From an uncultured bacterium (GTDB lineage: Bacteria; Bacillota_I; Bacilli_A; RF39; UBA660): a stretch of DNA of 55,546 nt. The position numbers and the translations under genes are program-made. This document shows, in pieces, positions 1 to 8,541 of the stretch (position 1 is its first letter; each line of letters begins with the position of its first letter). The notes under the pieces were generated by a model. The model saw only the letters and a program-made list of their open reading frames with translations. It was not told the DNA's origin and made no database searches. The DNA lies in assembly GCA_949285875.1 (NCBI GenBank), contig CASDZZ010000004.1, positions 1 through 55,546 on the forward strand. Reading direction: 5' to 3'.

Positions 1-376
<376 letters not shown>

Positions 377-431
377 CTATTAATTTGTTGACCATATTAT
401 CATGTTTTCAGAGAATTATTTCTCTATATTT

Positions 432-537
432 TATTGGTGACTATAGCAAAGTGGATACACCTGTTCCCATCTCGAACACAGAAGTTAAGCACTTTTACGC
501 CGACGATAGTGTAAGCGAAAATAGGAAGTTGCCAATT
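432..537 (+). rRNA. rrf: 5S ribosomal RNA (short form, ~105 nt)
   Basis: Conserved 5S core 'cctgttcccatctcgaacacagaagttaagc'. Helix I formed by 'attggtgac' (433-441) pairing with 'gttgccaat' (528-536). Lies ~55 nt after the 23S end. Boundaries +/-3 nt. Confidence 0.85.
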
Positions 538-552
538 TTTTTTATGCTTAAA

Positions 553-581
553 AAAGTCACTTTATCTTAGTGACTTTTTTC
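553..581 (+). terminator. Rho-independent terminator of the rRNA operon
   Basis: 8-bp stem 'aagtcact'/'agtgactt' with a 7-nt loop, followed by a T-run, directly after the 5S. Confidence 0.75.
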
Positions 582-630
582 TATACAAATGAAAAATTTT
601 ATTTAATAATACACATTTAAAAGGCAGTGT

Positions 631-798
631 TTACTTTTTTTCTAAACACTGCTCTATCATAGAAATAACTACGTTATTAAAGGATGTATTATTATCTTTT
701 GCGATTTTTTCTATTTCTTTAATCAATTTTTCTTTTATGTATAGTGATTTATAGCCAGCTGGCTCTTTTTCTTTTGTTCTTTTTGGAACAAATGGCAT
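631..798 (-). CDS. 55-aa ribbon-helix-helix (Arc/CopG-like) DNA-binding protein, not in the supplied ORF track (<60 aa)
   Basis: Hand translation gives MPFVPKRTKEKEPAGYKSLYIKEKLIKEIEKIAKDNNTSFNNVVISMIEQCLEKK. Pattern is a basic tail, a short beta-strand (KSLYIKEKL) and two helices, typical of RHH. Strong RBS 'gagagggg' lies 8 nt upstream. The hairpin 'cagtgttta...taaacactg' overlaps the stop. Confidence 0.55.
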   Translation of the reverse strand: MPFVPKRTKEKEPAGYKSLYIKEKLIKEIEKIAKDNNTSFNNVVISMIEQCLEKK

Positions 799-912
799 AA
801 TATCACCCCTCTCTTAAATTTTAATATATATAGGTTACTACATGATATATGAGAATTTTCTGGTATTATATTATTATTAGTTATTTTTTATAATAAATAT
901 AAGAGGCGTTTT

Positions 913-1083
913 ATGAAGTTTTTGGAATCAAAGTTGTATTGTAAATATGTAATTAGTGAAATTTGTGAAAAAATTGATATTTTGAGAAAACAAAATTTTT
1001 TTGATAGTGATTTAGAAGATACTTTATTTGAGTCATATAAAAAGTTAGAATTTATACTTAACGGAGAGTTTGATAATATTTAA
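913..1083 (+). CDS. 56-aa hypothetical small helical protein, divergent from the RHH gene (not in ORF track)
   Basis: ATG at 913 preceded by RBS 'aagagg' (901-906). Translation: MKFLESKLYCKYVISEICEKIDILRKQNFFDSDLEDTLFESYKKLEFILNGEFDNI. No recognisable motif. Confidence 0.35.
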   Translation: MKFLESKLYCKYVISEICEKIDILRKQNFFDSDLEDTLFESYKKLEFILNGEFDNI

Positions 1084-1100
1084 AAAAAATGTATTAATTA

Positions 1101-1130
1101 TTGTATTACTTCTTTTTTTTTTGCTATAAT
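1101..1130 (+). promoter_or_regulatory. Sigma-A-type promoter of the tsaE operon
   Basis: -35 'ttgtat' (1101-1106), 18-nt spacer, extended -10 'tgctataat' (1122-1130). Confidence 0.5.
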
Positions 1131-1146
1131 GTTTATGGTGATTAAT

Positions 1147-1599
1147 ATGGAATATAAAATTACAACTAATTCTGAACAAGAAACTTATGAATTAGCTCAA
1201 AATTTTGAATCTGAAAAATTTAATAATATGGTTATTTGTCTAATTGGAGAATTAGGAAGTGGTAAAACAGTTTTCACAAAAGGTTTTGCTAGTGCTTTAG
1301 GTATTGATGAAAATATTACTTCTCCTACTTTTAATATTATTAAGGAATATAATTCAGGTGAAATGAATTTGTATCATATGGATGTTTATCGTTTAGAAGG
1401 TGATACTACAGATTTAGGGTTAGAAGAATATTTAAAGAAAGATGGTATAGTTATAATTGAATGGGCTGATATGATTTCTTCTGAACTACCTGAGGAACGT
1501 TTGGAAATTAGATTTAAAATTAGTGGTGAGGAAAGAAGAAATTTGGTTATTACTCCATACGGAAGTAAATATGAAGATTTATGTGAGGAAGTACTTTGA
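1147..1599 (+). CDS. tsaE: tRNA t6A37 threonylcarbamoyltransferase complex ATPase TsaE
   Basis: P-loop 'GELGSGKT' plus 'YHMDVYRL' and 'IIEWAD' motifs of TsaE/YjeE. First gene of a tsaE-tsaB-rimI-tsaD cluster. The ORF opens at 1129, but that ATG lies inside the predicted -10 box, so 1147 (MEYKIT) is preferred. Confidence 0.9.
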   Translation: MEYKITTNSEQETYELAQNFESEKFNNMVICLIGELGSGKTVFTKGFASALGIDENITSPTFNIIKEYNSGEMNLYHMDVYRLEGDTTDLGLEEYLKKDGIVIIEWADMISSELPEERLEIRFKISGEERRNLVITPYGSKYEDLCEEVL

Positions 1600-2240
1600 T
1601 AACTTTATTTGTTGATTCTTCTTCAAAATATTTAAAAATTGCCCTTTCAGAAGATGATAAATTAATTACTTCTAAAATTGTTAATTCTCATTCTAAACAC
1701 TCTAATTTTTTAATAAAAGAAATAATAGAAATTTTGAGTGAAGCAAATCTAACTATAAATGATATAGATAATTTTATTGTATTGAATGGTCCTGGTAGTT
1801 TTACTGGCTTAAGAGTAGGAGTTACTGTTATTAAAACTTTATCATGGGCTATGAAAAAGAAAGCTTATCAGTTAGGTAATTTAAAGGCTTTATCATTACA
1901 TGATAATGGAGAAGTAGTTATTTCGGTAATCTATGATAAAGATGAAGCTTCTTATGTAGGTATATATGGTGATGAAGTAAAGGAAGGATATTGTACTGTT
2001 AGTGAAGTTTGTTGTAATTTAAAAAATAAAGAAATTGTAATTGTTACCCTTGAAGAAAATCAGTATGTAAATAATTTAAAAGCAAAGCTATTATTAGATA
2101 ATATTGTAAGGGTTAACATTATAGAAAATTATAATTATTTAAAAGTCATAAATTATGCTTTAAGTTGTGATAGTGTAAATCCTCATATATTAGAACCTGT
2201 TTACTTGAAAAAGATTGATGCGGAGAAAAATAAAAAGTGA
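1596..2240 (+). CDS. tsaB: t6A37 complex dimerisation subunit TsaB (YeaZ)
   Basis: 'NGPGSFTGLRVG' motif. TTG start overlaps the tsaE stop by 4 nt. Confidence 0.88.
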   Translation: MITLFVDSSSKYLKIALSEDDKLITSKIVNSHSKHSNFLIKEIIEILSEANLTINDIDNFIVLNGPGSFTGLRVGVTVIKTLSWAMKKKAYQLGNLKALSLHDNGEVVISVIYDKDEASYVGIYGDEVKEGYCTVSEVCCNLKNKEIVIVTLEENQYVNNLKAKLLLDNIVRVNIIENYNYLKVINYALSCDSVNPHILEPVYLKKIDAEKNKK

Positions 2241-2650
2241 TAAGAAAATATGAAGATAAGGATATAGAATATATAGTTTCACTCGGAAAAAATCTACACC
2301 AAAATTTTAAATTTCATTTGGATACTTTTTCTAATTGTTTAGTATATGAATTTGAAAATAAGATTATTGGATTTATAATATATTCTATAATTTATGAAAG
2401 AGCCGAAATAGTAGATATAATTATAGAGGATTCTTTTAGAAGAAAAAAGTTTGGTTTTAAACTTCTAAACAAGGTAATTGATGAATGTTTAGAAAATAAT
2501 TGTATTAATATTACATTAGAAGTTAATGAAAACAATCAAGCTGCTCTTGATTTTTACTATAATGTTGGATTTAAAATCGTAGCTAGAATAAATCATTATT
2601 ATAGTAATGGGCAAGAAGATGCTTATCTAATGGAGAAGAAATTAAGGTGA
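2237..2650 (+). CDS. rimI: Ribosomal-protein-alanine N-acetyltransferase (GNAT) RimI
   Basis: GNAT acetyl-CoA region ('RRKKFGFKLL', 'NQAALDFYYNVGF'). 137 aa, in the canonical position between tsaB and tsaD. 4-nt overlap with tsaB. Confidence 0.8.
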   Translation: MIRKYEDKDIEYIVSLGKNLHQNFKFHLDTFSNCLVYEFENKIIGFIIYSIIYERAEIVDIIIEDSFRRKKFGFKLLNKVIDECLENNCINITLEVNENNQAALDFYYNVGFKIVARINHYYSNGQEDAYLMEKKLR

Positions 2651-2654
2651 TAAA

Positions 2655-3680
2655 ATGAAAGATACTTATATATTTGCCATTGAAACAAGTTGTGATGAAA
2701 CAAGTGCTAGTATTATAAAAAATGGAAATGAAGAAATTTCAACGGTTGTATTATCTCAAATTGATATACACAAAAATTTTGGCGGTGTAGTACCAGAAAT
2801 AGCTAGTAGAAATCATACGCAAGCTATTACTTTGGTTTTTGAAAAAACTTTAAAAAAAGCAAATATGACGATGGATAAAATAGATGCCATAGCGGTTACT
2901 TATGGGCCAGGTCTAAATGGTTCTCTACTGATTGGAATAGAAGCTGCAAAGGCACTAGCACTCGCTAATAATAAACCATTAATACCAGTTAATCATATGG
3001 CGGGTCATATTTATGCTAATAAATTTAGTGGGGAGTTTAAATTTCCGCTTCTTGCATTAGTTGTTTCCGGAGGACATACAGAGCTTATTTACATGGATAA
3101 AGAATATTCTTTTAAAAAAATTGGTGGGACTCTTGATGATTCTGTTGGTGAAGCTTATGATAAGGTGGCTAGAGTTATAGGTATTCCTTATCCTGGTGGA
3201 CCATTAATTGATAAAATGTCTAAGATTGGTAACAGTAGCTACAAATTACCAACTCCTAAAGACGATGATTCTTTTGATTTTAGCTTTAGTGGTATAAAAA
3301 GTGCTGTTATTAATTTAGTTCATAATGAAAAACAACGTGGTAAAGAAATTAATAAGGAAGATTTAGCTAAATCATTTCAGGATACTGTTGTTAATATATT
3401 AGTTAAAAAAACTATTAGAGCTATAAAAAAATATAATGTCAAGCAGTTATTATTGGCTGGTGGTGTCTCAGCAAATAGTGGGTTAAGAAATCTACTTGAT
3501 ATTGAATGTAATAAGTTAGGAATAGAACTTTTAAAGCCTGAAATTAGGTATTGTACTGATAATGCTTCTATGATTGGTGCTGCTGCTTATTATGCCTATT
3601 TAAGAGGAGATAGAGCAGATTTTAATTTGGAACCAAATCCAGGGTTAGATTTAGAAGAGGGTGATAATTGTGAAAAATAA
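2655..3680 (+). CDS. tsaD: tRNA N6-adenosine threonylcarbamoyltransferase TsaD (Kae1/Gcp)
   Basis: 'AIETSCDETSASI', 'NHMAGH' and 'GGVSANSGLR' motifs. Confidence 0.95.
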   Translation: MKDTYIFAIETSCDETSASIIKNGNEEISTVVLSQIDIHKNFGGVVPEIASRNHTQAITLVFEKTLKKANMTMDKIDAIAVTYGPGLNGSLLIGIEAAKALALANNKPLIPVNHMAGHIYANKFSGEFKFPLLALVVSGGHTELIYMDKEYSFKKIGGTLDDSVGEAYDKVARVIGIPYPGGPLIDKMSKIGNSSYKLPTPKDDDSFDFSFSGIKSAVINLVHNEKQRGKEINKEDLAKSFQDTVVNILVKKTIRAIKKYNVKQLLLAGGVSANSGLRNLLDIECNKLGIELLKPEIRYCTDNASMIGAAAYYAYLRGDRADFNLEPNPGLDLEEGDNCEK

Positions 3681-4026
3681 TAGAGGATTTACTTTGGTTG
3701 AGTTATTAGCTGTTATTGTTATAATGGCGATAATAATTGCACTAGCTGCTCCTAATATTAATAAACAAATTAAAGAAGGAGATAAAAAACAAAAGGACGT
3801 TTTAAACCAAAAAATAGAAAATGCTGCACATATGTATGCCGGAAAATATTATGCTGATAAAATCGTTAATGAAGAATATATAGAGTTTACCTTACAATCA
3901 CTAGTAGATGATGGACTAATTAATTTAAAGGGAAAATGTCGTGATAAGTTAGAAGCAAAAATATCAATATCTGACGGTAGTTTTGATTATCGTAATATAA
4001 AGGCTTCAGATTGCTACGCTGGTTAA
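3670..4026 (+). CDS. Type IV pilin / pseudopilin-like protein with prepilin N-terminal cleavage-methylation motif
   Basis: Leader 'VKNNRG|FTLVELLAVIVIMAIIIALAAP' is a class III signal (G|FTLxE plus hydrophobic helix). Two C-terminal Cys ('GKCRDK...ASDCYAG') resemble a pilin D-region disulfide. The ORF track opens at 3661. GTG 3670 sits 7-10 nt after 'gaagaggg' and gives a normal short leader. Overlaps the tsaD 3' end. Confidence 0.7.
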   Translation: MKNNRGFTLVELLAVIVIMAIIIALAAPNINKQIKEGDKKQKDVLNQKIENAAHMYAGKYYADKIVNEEYIEFTLQSLVDDGLINLKGKCRDKLEAKISISDGSFDYRNIKASDCYAG

Positions 4027-4037
4027 TAATAAATATC

Positions 4038-4067
4038 AAAAAAAGAATGAATAATCATTCTTTTTTT
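4038..4067. terminator. Bidirectional terminator between convergent pilin-like gene and ABC permease gene
   Basis: Stem 'aagaatga'/'tcattctt', loop 'ataa', flanked by an A-run and a T-run. The stop codon of the minus-strand gene lies in the stem. Confidence 0.7.
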
Positions 4068-4843
4068 AGTTTATTTTCAATAAATAAGATTATGAAATAA
4101 AGTATACTAGTTAATATGCAAAGCAAAATAATTCCGGCCATAACAAGGTTTGTGTTAAATACTTGTGAACCATAATTTATTAAATATCCTAATCCTTGTT
4201 TTGATACTAAAAATTCTCCCATGATAACTCCTACAAAAGTCATACTTAAATTTATCTTCAGTGAACTTATAATAGTAGTTATGTTAGAAGGAAAAACTAC
4301 TTTGTTAAAAATTTGAAATTTGTTAGCATGAAAGCTTTTAAGCAAATTAATACTATTTTTATTAGTGTGTTTAAAACCTACATAAATACTTATTATGGTT
4401 GATATTACTGAAATAAGTAGAGACATCATAATTATTGAATTTTGGTTAGCTCCTGCCCAAATTATTATTATAGGGCCTAAAGCTATTTTAGGTAAGCTAT
4501 TTAATATTGTTAAATAAGGATCTAGTACTTTTGGTATAAAAGGAAACCACCAAAGTAAAGCGGCTACAAATATTCCTATTATTGAACCTAGTCCAAAACT
4601 AATTAAAATTTCTTTTAAAGTTACCCACATATGAATTAATAAGTCGTTACTTTTCCACAAATTTGTAATAGTTTCAAATATTTTTAAAGGACTAGAGAAG
4701 AGAAAACTATTTATTATTTTATAATTGGATAATATTTGCCATAAAGTTATAAATAGTATAAGTAAGAAAATTTGAACAAAAATCACTTTTGCTGTGGAAA
4801 ACTTTAATTTTCTTAAATATTTTTCATGTTCTTTATTTGTCAT
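4055..4843 (-). CDS. ABC transporter permease, NitT/TauT (SsuC-like) family
   Basis: ~6 TM segments with a BPD-transporter layout. 11-nt overlap with the upstream ATPase gene. Confidence 0.8.
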   Translation of the reverse strand: MTNKEHEKYLRKLKFSTAKVIFVQIFLLILFITLWQILSNYKIINSFLFSSPLKIFETITNLWKSNDLLIHMWVTLKEILISFGLGSIIGIFVAALLWWFPFIPKVLDPYLTILNSLPKIALGPIIIIWAGANQNSIIMMSLLISVISTIISIYVGFKHTNKNSINLLKSFHANKFQIFNKVVFPSNITTIISSLKINLSMTFVGVIMGEFLVSKQGLGYLINYGSQVFNTNLVMAGIILLCILTSILYFIILFIENKLKKE

Positions 4844-5585
4844 TTTGCTCCAAATCCTTCCATATCAAGTTATAATAAAAATTAAAATTTTCATCTTTTC
4901 TATTCTCACTAGGAATATTTTTATTTTTTAAATTTATATCATAAATATTTTTAATTTTAGCGGGGGTATTACTTAGTACAATTACTTTATCACCCATACT
5001 TATTGCCTCAGCAATATCATGGGTAACCATAATAGCTGTTTTATTTTCTTCTTTAATTATGTTATAAACATCATTAGAAACATTTATTCTTGTTTGATAA
5101 TCTAGGGCTGAAAAAGGTTCATCTAGTAATAAAATATCAGGTTTTATAGCAAGAGTTCTGATTAAAGCAACTCTTTGTCTCATTCCCCCAGATAACTCTT
5201 TTGGATAGTTTTTTTCAAACTTTGATAGTCCGTATTTTTTTAAAAGATATTTAACATATTTTATATTTTTCTTGTTTAGACTTTTTTGTATTTTTAAACC
5301 CAATAAACAATTTTCTAAAACATTTAGCCATGAAAATAAAGTGTCTTCTTGAAACATATATCCTACTTTAATATTTTTGTTTTCAAAAGATATTTCTCCC
5401 GAACTTTTTTTTTCAAGGCCTCCAATTATGGATAAAATAGTAGATTTACCACATCCAGAAGGTCCTACTAAAACAATAAATTCATTTTCATTTATTTTAA
5501 AATTAATATTTTCTACAGCACAAATAGATTGTTTTTTAGTTAAATAATTTTTGGATAAATTTTTAATTTCCAAAATTGTTTTCAT
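4833..5585 (-). CDS. ABC transporter ATP-binding protein, NitT/TauT family
   Basis: Walker A 'GPSGCGKST', signature 'LSGGMRQR', Walker B 'ILLLDEPFSALD', H-loop 'VTHD'. Confidence 0.9.
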   Translation of the reverse strand: MKTILEIKNLSKNYLTKKQSICAVENINFKINENEFIVLVGPSGCGKSTILSIIGGLEKKSSGEISFENKNIKVGYMFQEDTLFSWLNVLENCLLGLKIQKSLNKKNIKYVKYLLKKYGLSKFEKNYPKELSGGMRQRVALIRTLAIKPDILLLDEPFSALDYQTRINVSNDVYNIIKEENKTAIMVTHDIAEAISMGDKVIVLSNTPAKIKNIYDINLKNKNIPSENRKDENFNFYYNLIWKDLEQNDK

Positions 5586-6583
5586 TATATTTCCTTATAA
5601 ACTAATTTATCATATGGAGCTTTTTTTTCTAATTCACCAGCACTAATCATTATTTCTTGCAAGTGATTAAAATCTTTTTCTGAAATCTCTGTACTTTCAG
5701 CCCAAGCATCATTTGTTTTATATCTTTCAATTATTTTTTCTAAATCGTTGATAGAATTTTCTGGGAAGAAGTTAGAAATATCTTTTGCTATTACTAAAGA
5801 GTCTGTATTTTTTACGTACTCTAAACCTTTATCTATAGCTTTTTTAAATCCGTCTATTATTTTAGGATTATCTTTTATAAAACTTTTTTTAGCATTATAG
5901 CTTGTGTAAGGAACTTCTCCTCCCCACTTTCCAACGTACCCAACTACATAACCTAAACCTTGTTTTTCAACACTTAGTGCATTAGGTTCAAAAAGAGTTA
6001 CAAAATCTCCAGTACCTCCTATAAATGCACCTTCCATAGCTGCAAAAGCAACACTAGTATCTATTTCTAAATCTTTCTTAGGATCTATACCATTTTGTTT
6101 TAATCCCCATTCAAAGGTCATTTCTGGCATACCGCCTTTTCTTCCACCAATTACCTTTTTACCTTTTAAATCTTCTAATGTGAAGTTTTCATATTTCTTT
6201 CTTGAAACTAGAAATGAACCATCTCTTTTTGTTAATCTAGCAAAATTAACCAGGTAATCTTCTTCTCCACTATTATATACATAAATAGTAGCTTCACTTC
6301 CGCAGAAACCAATATCTACATCTCCTGATAAAACTGCAGCTGTTACTTTATCAGCTCCAGAAGCAAGAGTAAGATCTATATTTATTCCTTCATCTTTAAA
6401 GAAACCTTTATTCATAGCAACATATGCAGGAGCATAGAATATAGTGTGTGCAACTTCTGCTACTCTTACTGTTTTAACACTAGAGCTTTGTTTTTTAGTA
6501 TTATTTTCCTTATTTATAATTAATAATATTGATATCAATAAAAATGATAACAAACACACAAAAATTATAATTTTATTTTTCAT
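5585..6583 (-). CDS. ABC transporter substrate-binding protein, NMT1/THI5-SsuA-like
   Basis: N-terminal membrane anchor followed by a binding-protein fold ('VRVAEVAHTIFYAPAYVAMNKGFFKDEGI'). First gene of the minus-strand SBP-ATPase-permease operon. Substrate not assignable. Confidence 0.7.
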   Translation of the reverse strand: MKNKIIIFVCLLSFLLISILLIINKENNTKKQSSSVKTVRVAEVAHTIFYAPAYVAMNKGFFKDEGINIDLTLASGADKVTAAVLSGDVDIGFCGSEATIYVYNSGEEDYLVNFARLTKRDGSFLVSRKKYENFTLEDLKGKKVIGGRKGGMPEMTFEWGLKQNGIDPKKDLEIDTSVAFAAMEGAFIGGTGDFVTLFEPNALSVEKQGLGYVVGYVGKWGGEVPYTSYNAKKSFIKDNPKIIDGFKKAIDKGLEYVKNTDSLVIAKDISNFFPENSINDLEKIIERYKTNDAWAESTEISEKDFNHLQEIMISAGELEKKAPYDKLVYKEI

Positions 6584-6659
6584 AAATCCTCCTTTTCCAT
6601 TATTAGTATATTCTTTAATTAAAGGTAGGGTAACTTAAAAAAAATAGTAAAAATCTATA

Positions 6660-6688
6660 TTTACATAGACTCTTTTTTATTTTATAAT
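6660..6688 (+). promoter_or_regulatory. Sigma-A-type promoter for the VanW-like gene
   Basis: -35 'tttaca' (6660-6665), 17-nt spacer, -10 'tataat' (6683-6688). Confidence 0.45.
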
Positions 6689-6717
6689 TTATGGTATAAA
6701 TAAAGTAGGGATAAAGG

Positions 6718-8460
6718 ATGAAAAATACACAGAATACCAGATTTATTAACTTGGATGATAAACAAAAAATAAATTATATTAAAACTCTTTTTTGTAATTC
6801 TGATTTGATTACGGCTCTAGAATCTATTCTTAAAGATGAGAAAAAGGATTTAACAATCATAAAAAAAGTTTTAGACGTAATAAAAGAACCTTTAATTATT
6901 GAAAAGTTAAAAAAAGATAATTTTCTTAAAGATGAAAAAAGTACAAAATTATTTGTTTATTCTAAAATTATTAGTATTTTAACTTTCTATGGTAAAAGTG
7001 TTATTTTAAATGAATTTTTTAAATCTATTGATAAGAGTACTTTAAAAGAAATAGCTAAATACGAGTATGAAAACAAAACAGACACTTCAGTAAACAATAA
7101 AATATTTATGAAGTATTGTAGTAAATATAAACCTTCTAAAACTGCTGATCAAAATTTTGACACGGAAGTACTACTACTTACTACTGAAATGGAGAAATAT
7201 AATGAAACGAAACAAAATAACAAAAAAAATAAGAAGTTTTTTTATGTTATAACATTTATTATTTTATTTTTATTATTTCTTTTATCTATATTTTTTTATC
7301 AAAATATTAAAAAGGTAAAAAAGTATGAAGGAAGAATTTATCCTGGGATTTTTATAAATGATATGAGTCTTTCAGGAAAAAAGTTAGAAGAAGCCATTTT
7401 TCTTATAGATAAAGAAAAAGAAAAAATAGAAAATGGCACCATAACGGTAGCTAATCCTAATGGTGATTATAAATTTACTTATAAAGAAATAGGAATAAAA
7501 ATTGATTCTGATTATGTTGCACAGGAACTATTAAATTATAATGAAAACCTTTCCTTTTTTAAAAAAATAAAAATGATAAGAAGTAACAAAAGGCAAAAAA
7601 ACTTTTATTTAAAAGGTTATTTTGATGAAACTTCGATAGATAGTTTTGTTGTTACTTTAGAAAAGAAACTTAATACAAGTCCTAGAGATGATGGGTTAGT
7701 TATTGATGATAGTCATAATGTTTCCTATGATAAAGGAGCTAGTGGTTTTGTTTTAAATAGAGAAAAAACTAAAGCTAACATTGAAAGTGTGCTTTCGGCT
7801 ATAAAAGAAAAAACGGTTGTTATAGCTGAGGGGGATGTAATAAAAAATAATGTTTCTAATAGTGATTTATCTAATATAAATAAAAAGATATCTAGTTATA
7901 CTACTTATTTTCTAAATAGTGGGAATAGAGGTCATAATATTACTTTAGCAGCTTCTAAGTTAAACGGCAAAGTATTAAGACCTAATGAAGAATTTTCTTA
8001 TCTAAAAGTAGTAGGTCCTTATGGAGCATCTAATGGTTATTTACCCGCTCCTATATATTTAAATAGTAAGCTTTCTACTGCTAATGGTGGCGGTGTTTGT
8101 CAGCTTGCTTCTACACTTTACATGGCCCAGTTAAAAGCTGGATTACAAACTATCTACAGGGTAAATCATACTTTTGCTCCAGCTTATGTTCCTAAAGGCT
8201 TAGATGCAACGGTCTACTCAACTACTACTGACTATAAATTTAAAAATCAATATAATTTCCCTATTTATATAACATCATATGTTAAAGGTAACTACTTAAC
8301 CGTAGATATATGGTCTAATGAAAATGCTCTTGGAGGAAAAACATATGAACCATATTCTTTTTATAAAGATGGAGCATACTTTTCTTATTTAAAAGAGATA
8401 CAAAACGGAAGGGTAATTGGTGAAAGATATTTAGGAAGAAGTGTTTACAAAACAAAATAA
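6718..8460 (+). CDS. VanW-family membrane protein with long N-terminal cytoplasmic extension
   Basis: C-terminal VanW-domain motif 'ANGGGVCQLASTLY'. Single TM 'FFYVITFIILFLLFLLSIFF' near residue 175. The ~170 N-terminal residues have no motif I recognise. Confidence 0.75.
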   Translation: MKNTQNTRFINLDDKQKINYIKTLFCNSDLITALESILKDEKKDLTIIKKVLDVIKEPLIIEKLKKDNFLKDEKSTKLFVYSKIISILTFYGKSVILNEFFKSIDKSTLKEIAKYEYENKTDTSVNNKIFMKYCSKYKPSKTADQNFDTEVLLLTTEMEKYNETKQNNKKNKKFFYVITFIILFLLFLLSIFFYQNIKKVKKYEGRIYPGIFINDMSLSGKKLEEAIFLIDKEKEKIENGTITVANPNGDYKFTYKEIGIKIDSDYVAQELLNYNENLSFFKKIKMIRSNKRQKNFYLKGYFDETSIDSFVVTLEKKLNTSPRDDGLVIDDSHNVSYDKGASGFVLNREKTKANIESVLSAIKEKTVVIAEGDVIKNNVSNSDLSNINKKISSYTTYFLNSGNRGHNITLAASKLNGKVLRPNEEFSYLKVVGPYGASNGYLPAPIYLNSKLSTANGGGVCQLASTLYMAQLKAGLQTIYRVNHTFAPAYVPKGLDATVYSTTTDYKFKNQYNFPIYITSYVKGNYLTVDIWSNENALGGKTYEPYSFYKDGAYFSYLKEIQNGRVIGERYLGRSVYKTK

Positions 8461-8494
8461 AATATACGTAAATTTAAGGTTACGTATATTTTTT
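8461..8494 (+). terminator. Rho-independent terminator after the VanW-like gene
   Basis: Perfect 11-bp stem 'aatatacgtaa'/'ttacgtatatt', 8-nt loop, T-run. Confidence 0.75.
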
Positions 8495-8541
8495 ATTTAT
8501 TTAGTATGTTAAAATAGTATAGAATGAAAGAGGTAATAGCT

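Noticed and set aside
385-570. 61-aa ORF in the supplied track
   Set aside because: It lies across the 23S-5S spacer and the whole 5S rRNA gene, so it is an artefact of translating structural RNA.
1129-1146. Upstream ATG (1129) as the tsaE start
   Set aside because: This ATG sits inside the predicted extended -10 box 'tgctataat', so it would not be on the transcript. The ATG at 1147 was chosen instead.
1596-2650. Possibility of Mollicutes-type genetic code (TGA = Trp), prompted by the short 5S
   Set aside because: tsaE, tsaB and rimI terminate at TGA exactly where homologues end. No well-conserved protein here needs read-through of an in-frame TGA. The standard bacterial code 11 fits.
6444-6638. 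64-aa + strand ORF at the 5' end of the SBP gene
   Set aside because: It is antisense to the signal-anchor region of the well-supported minus-strand SBP gene. It has no RBS and a low-complexity translation.
6584-6717. Possible TPP (THI-box) riboswitch upstream of the NMT1/THI5-like ABC operon
   Set aside because: The minus-strand leader is only ~70-130 nt, is shared with a divergent promoter, and lacks the conserved 'ctgaga' and 'ggggtgc'-type THI-box elements. No structured leader is evident, so a thiamine-precursor role cannot be claimed.
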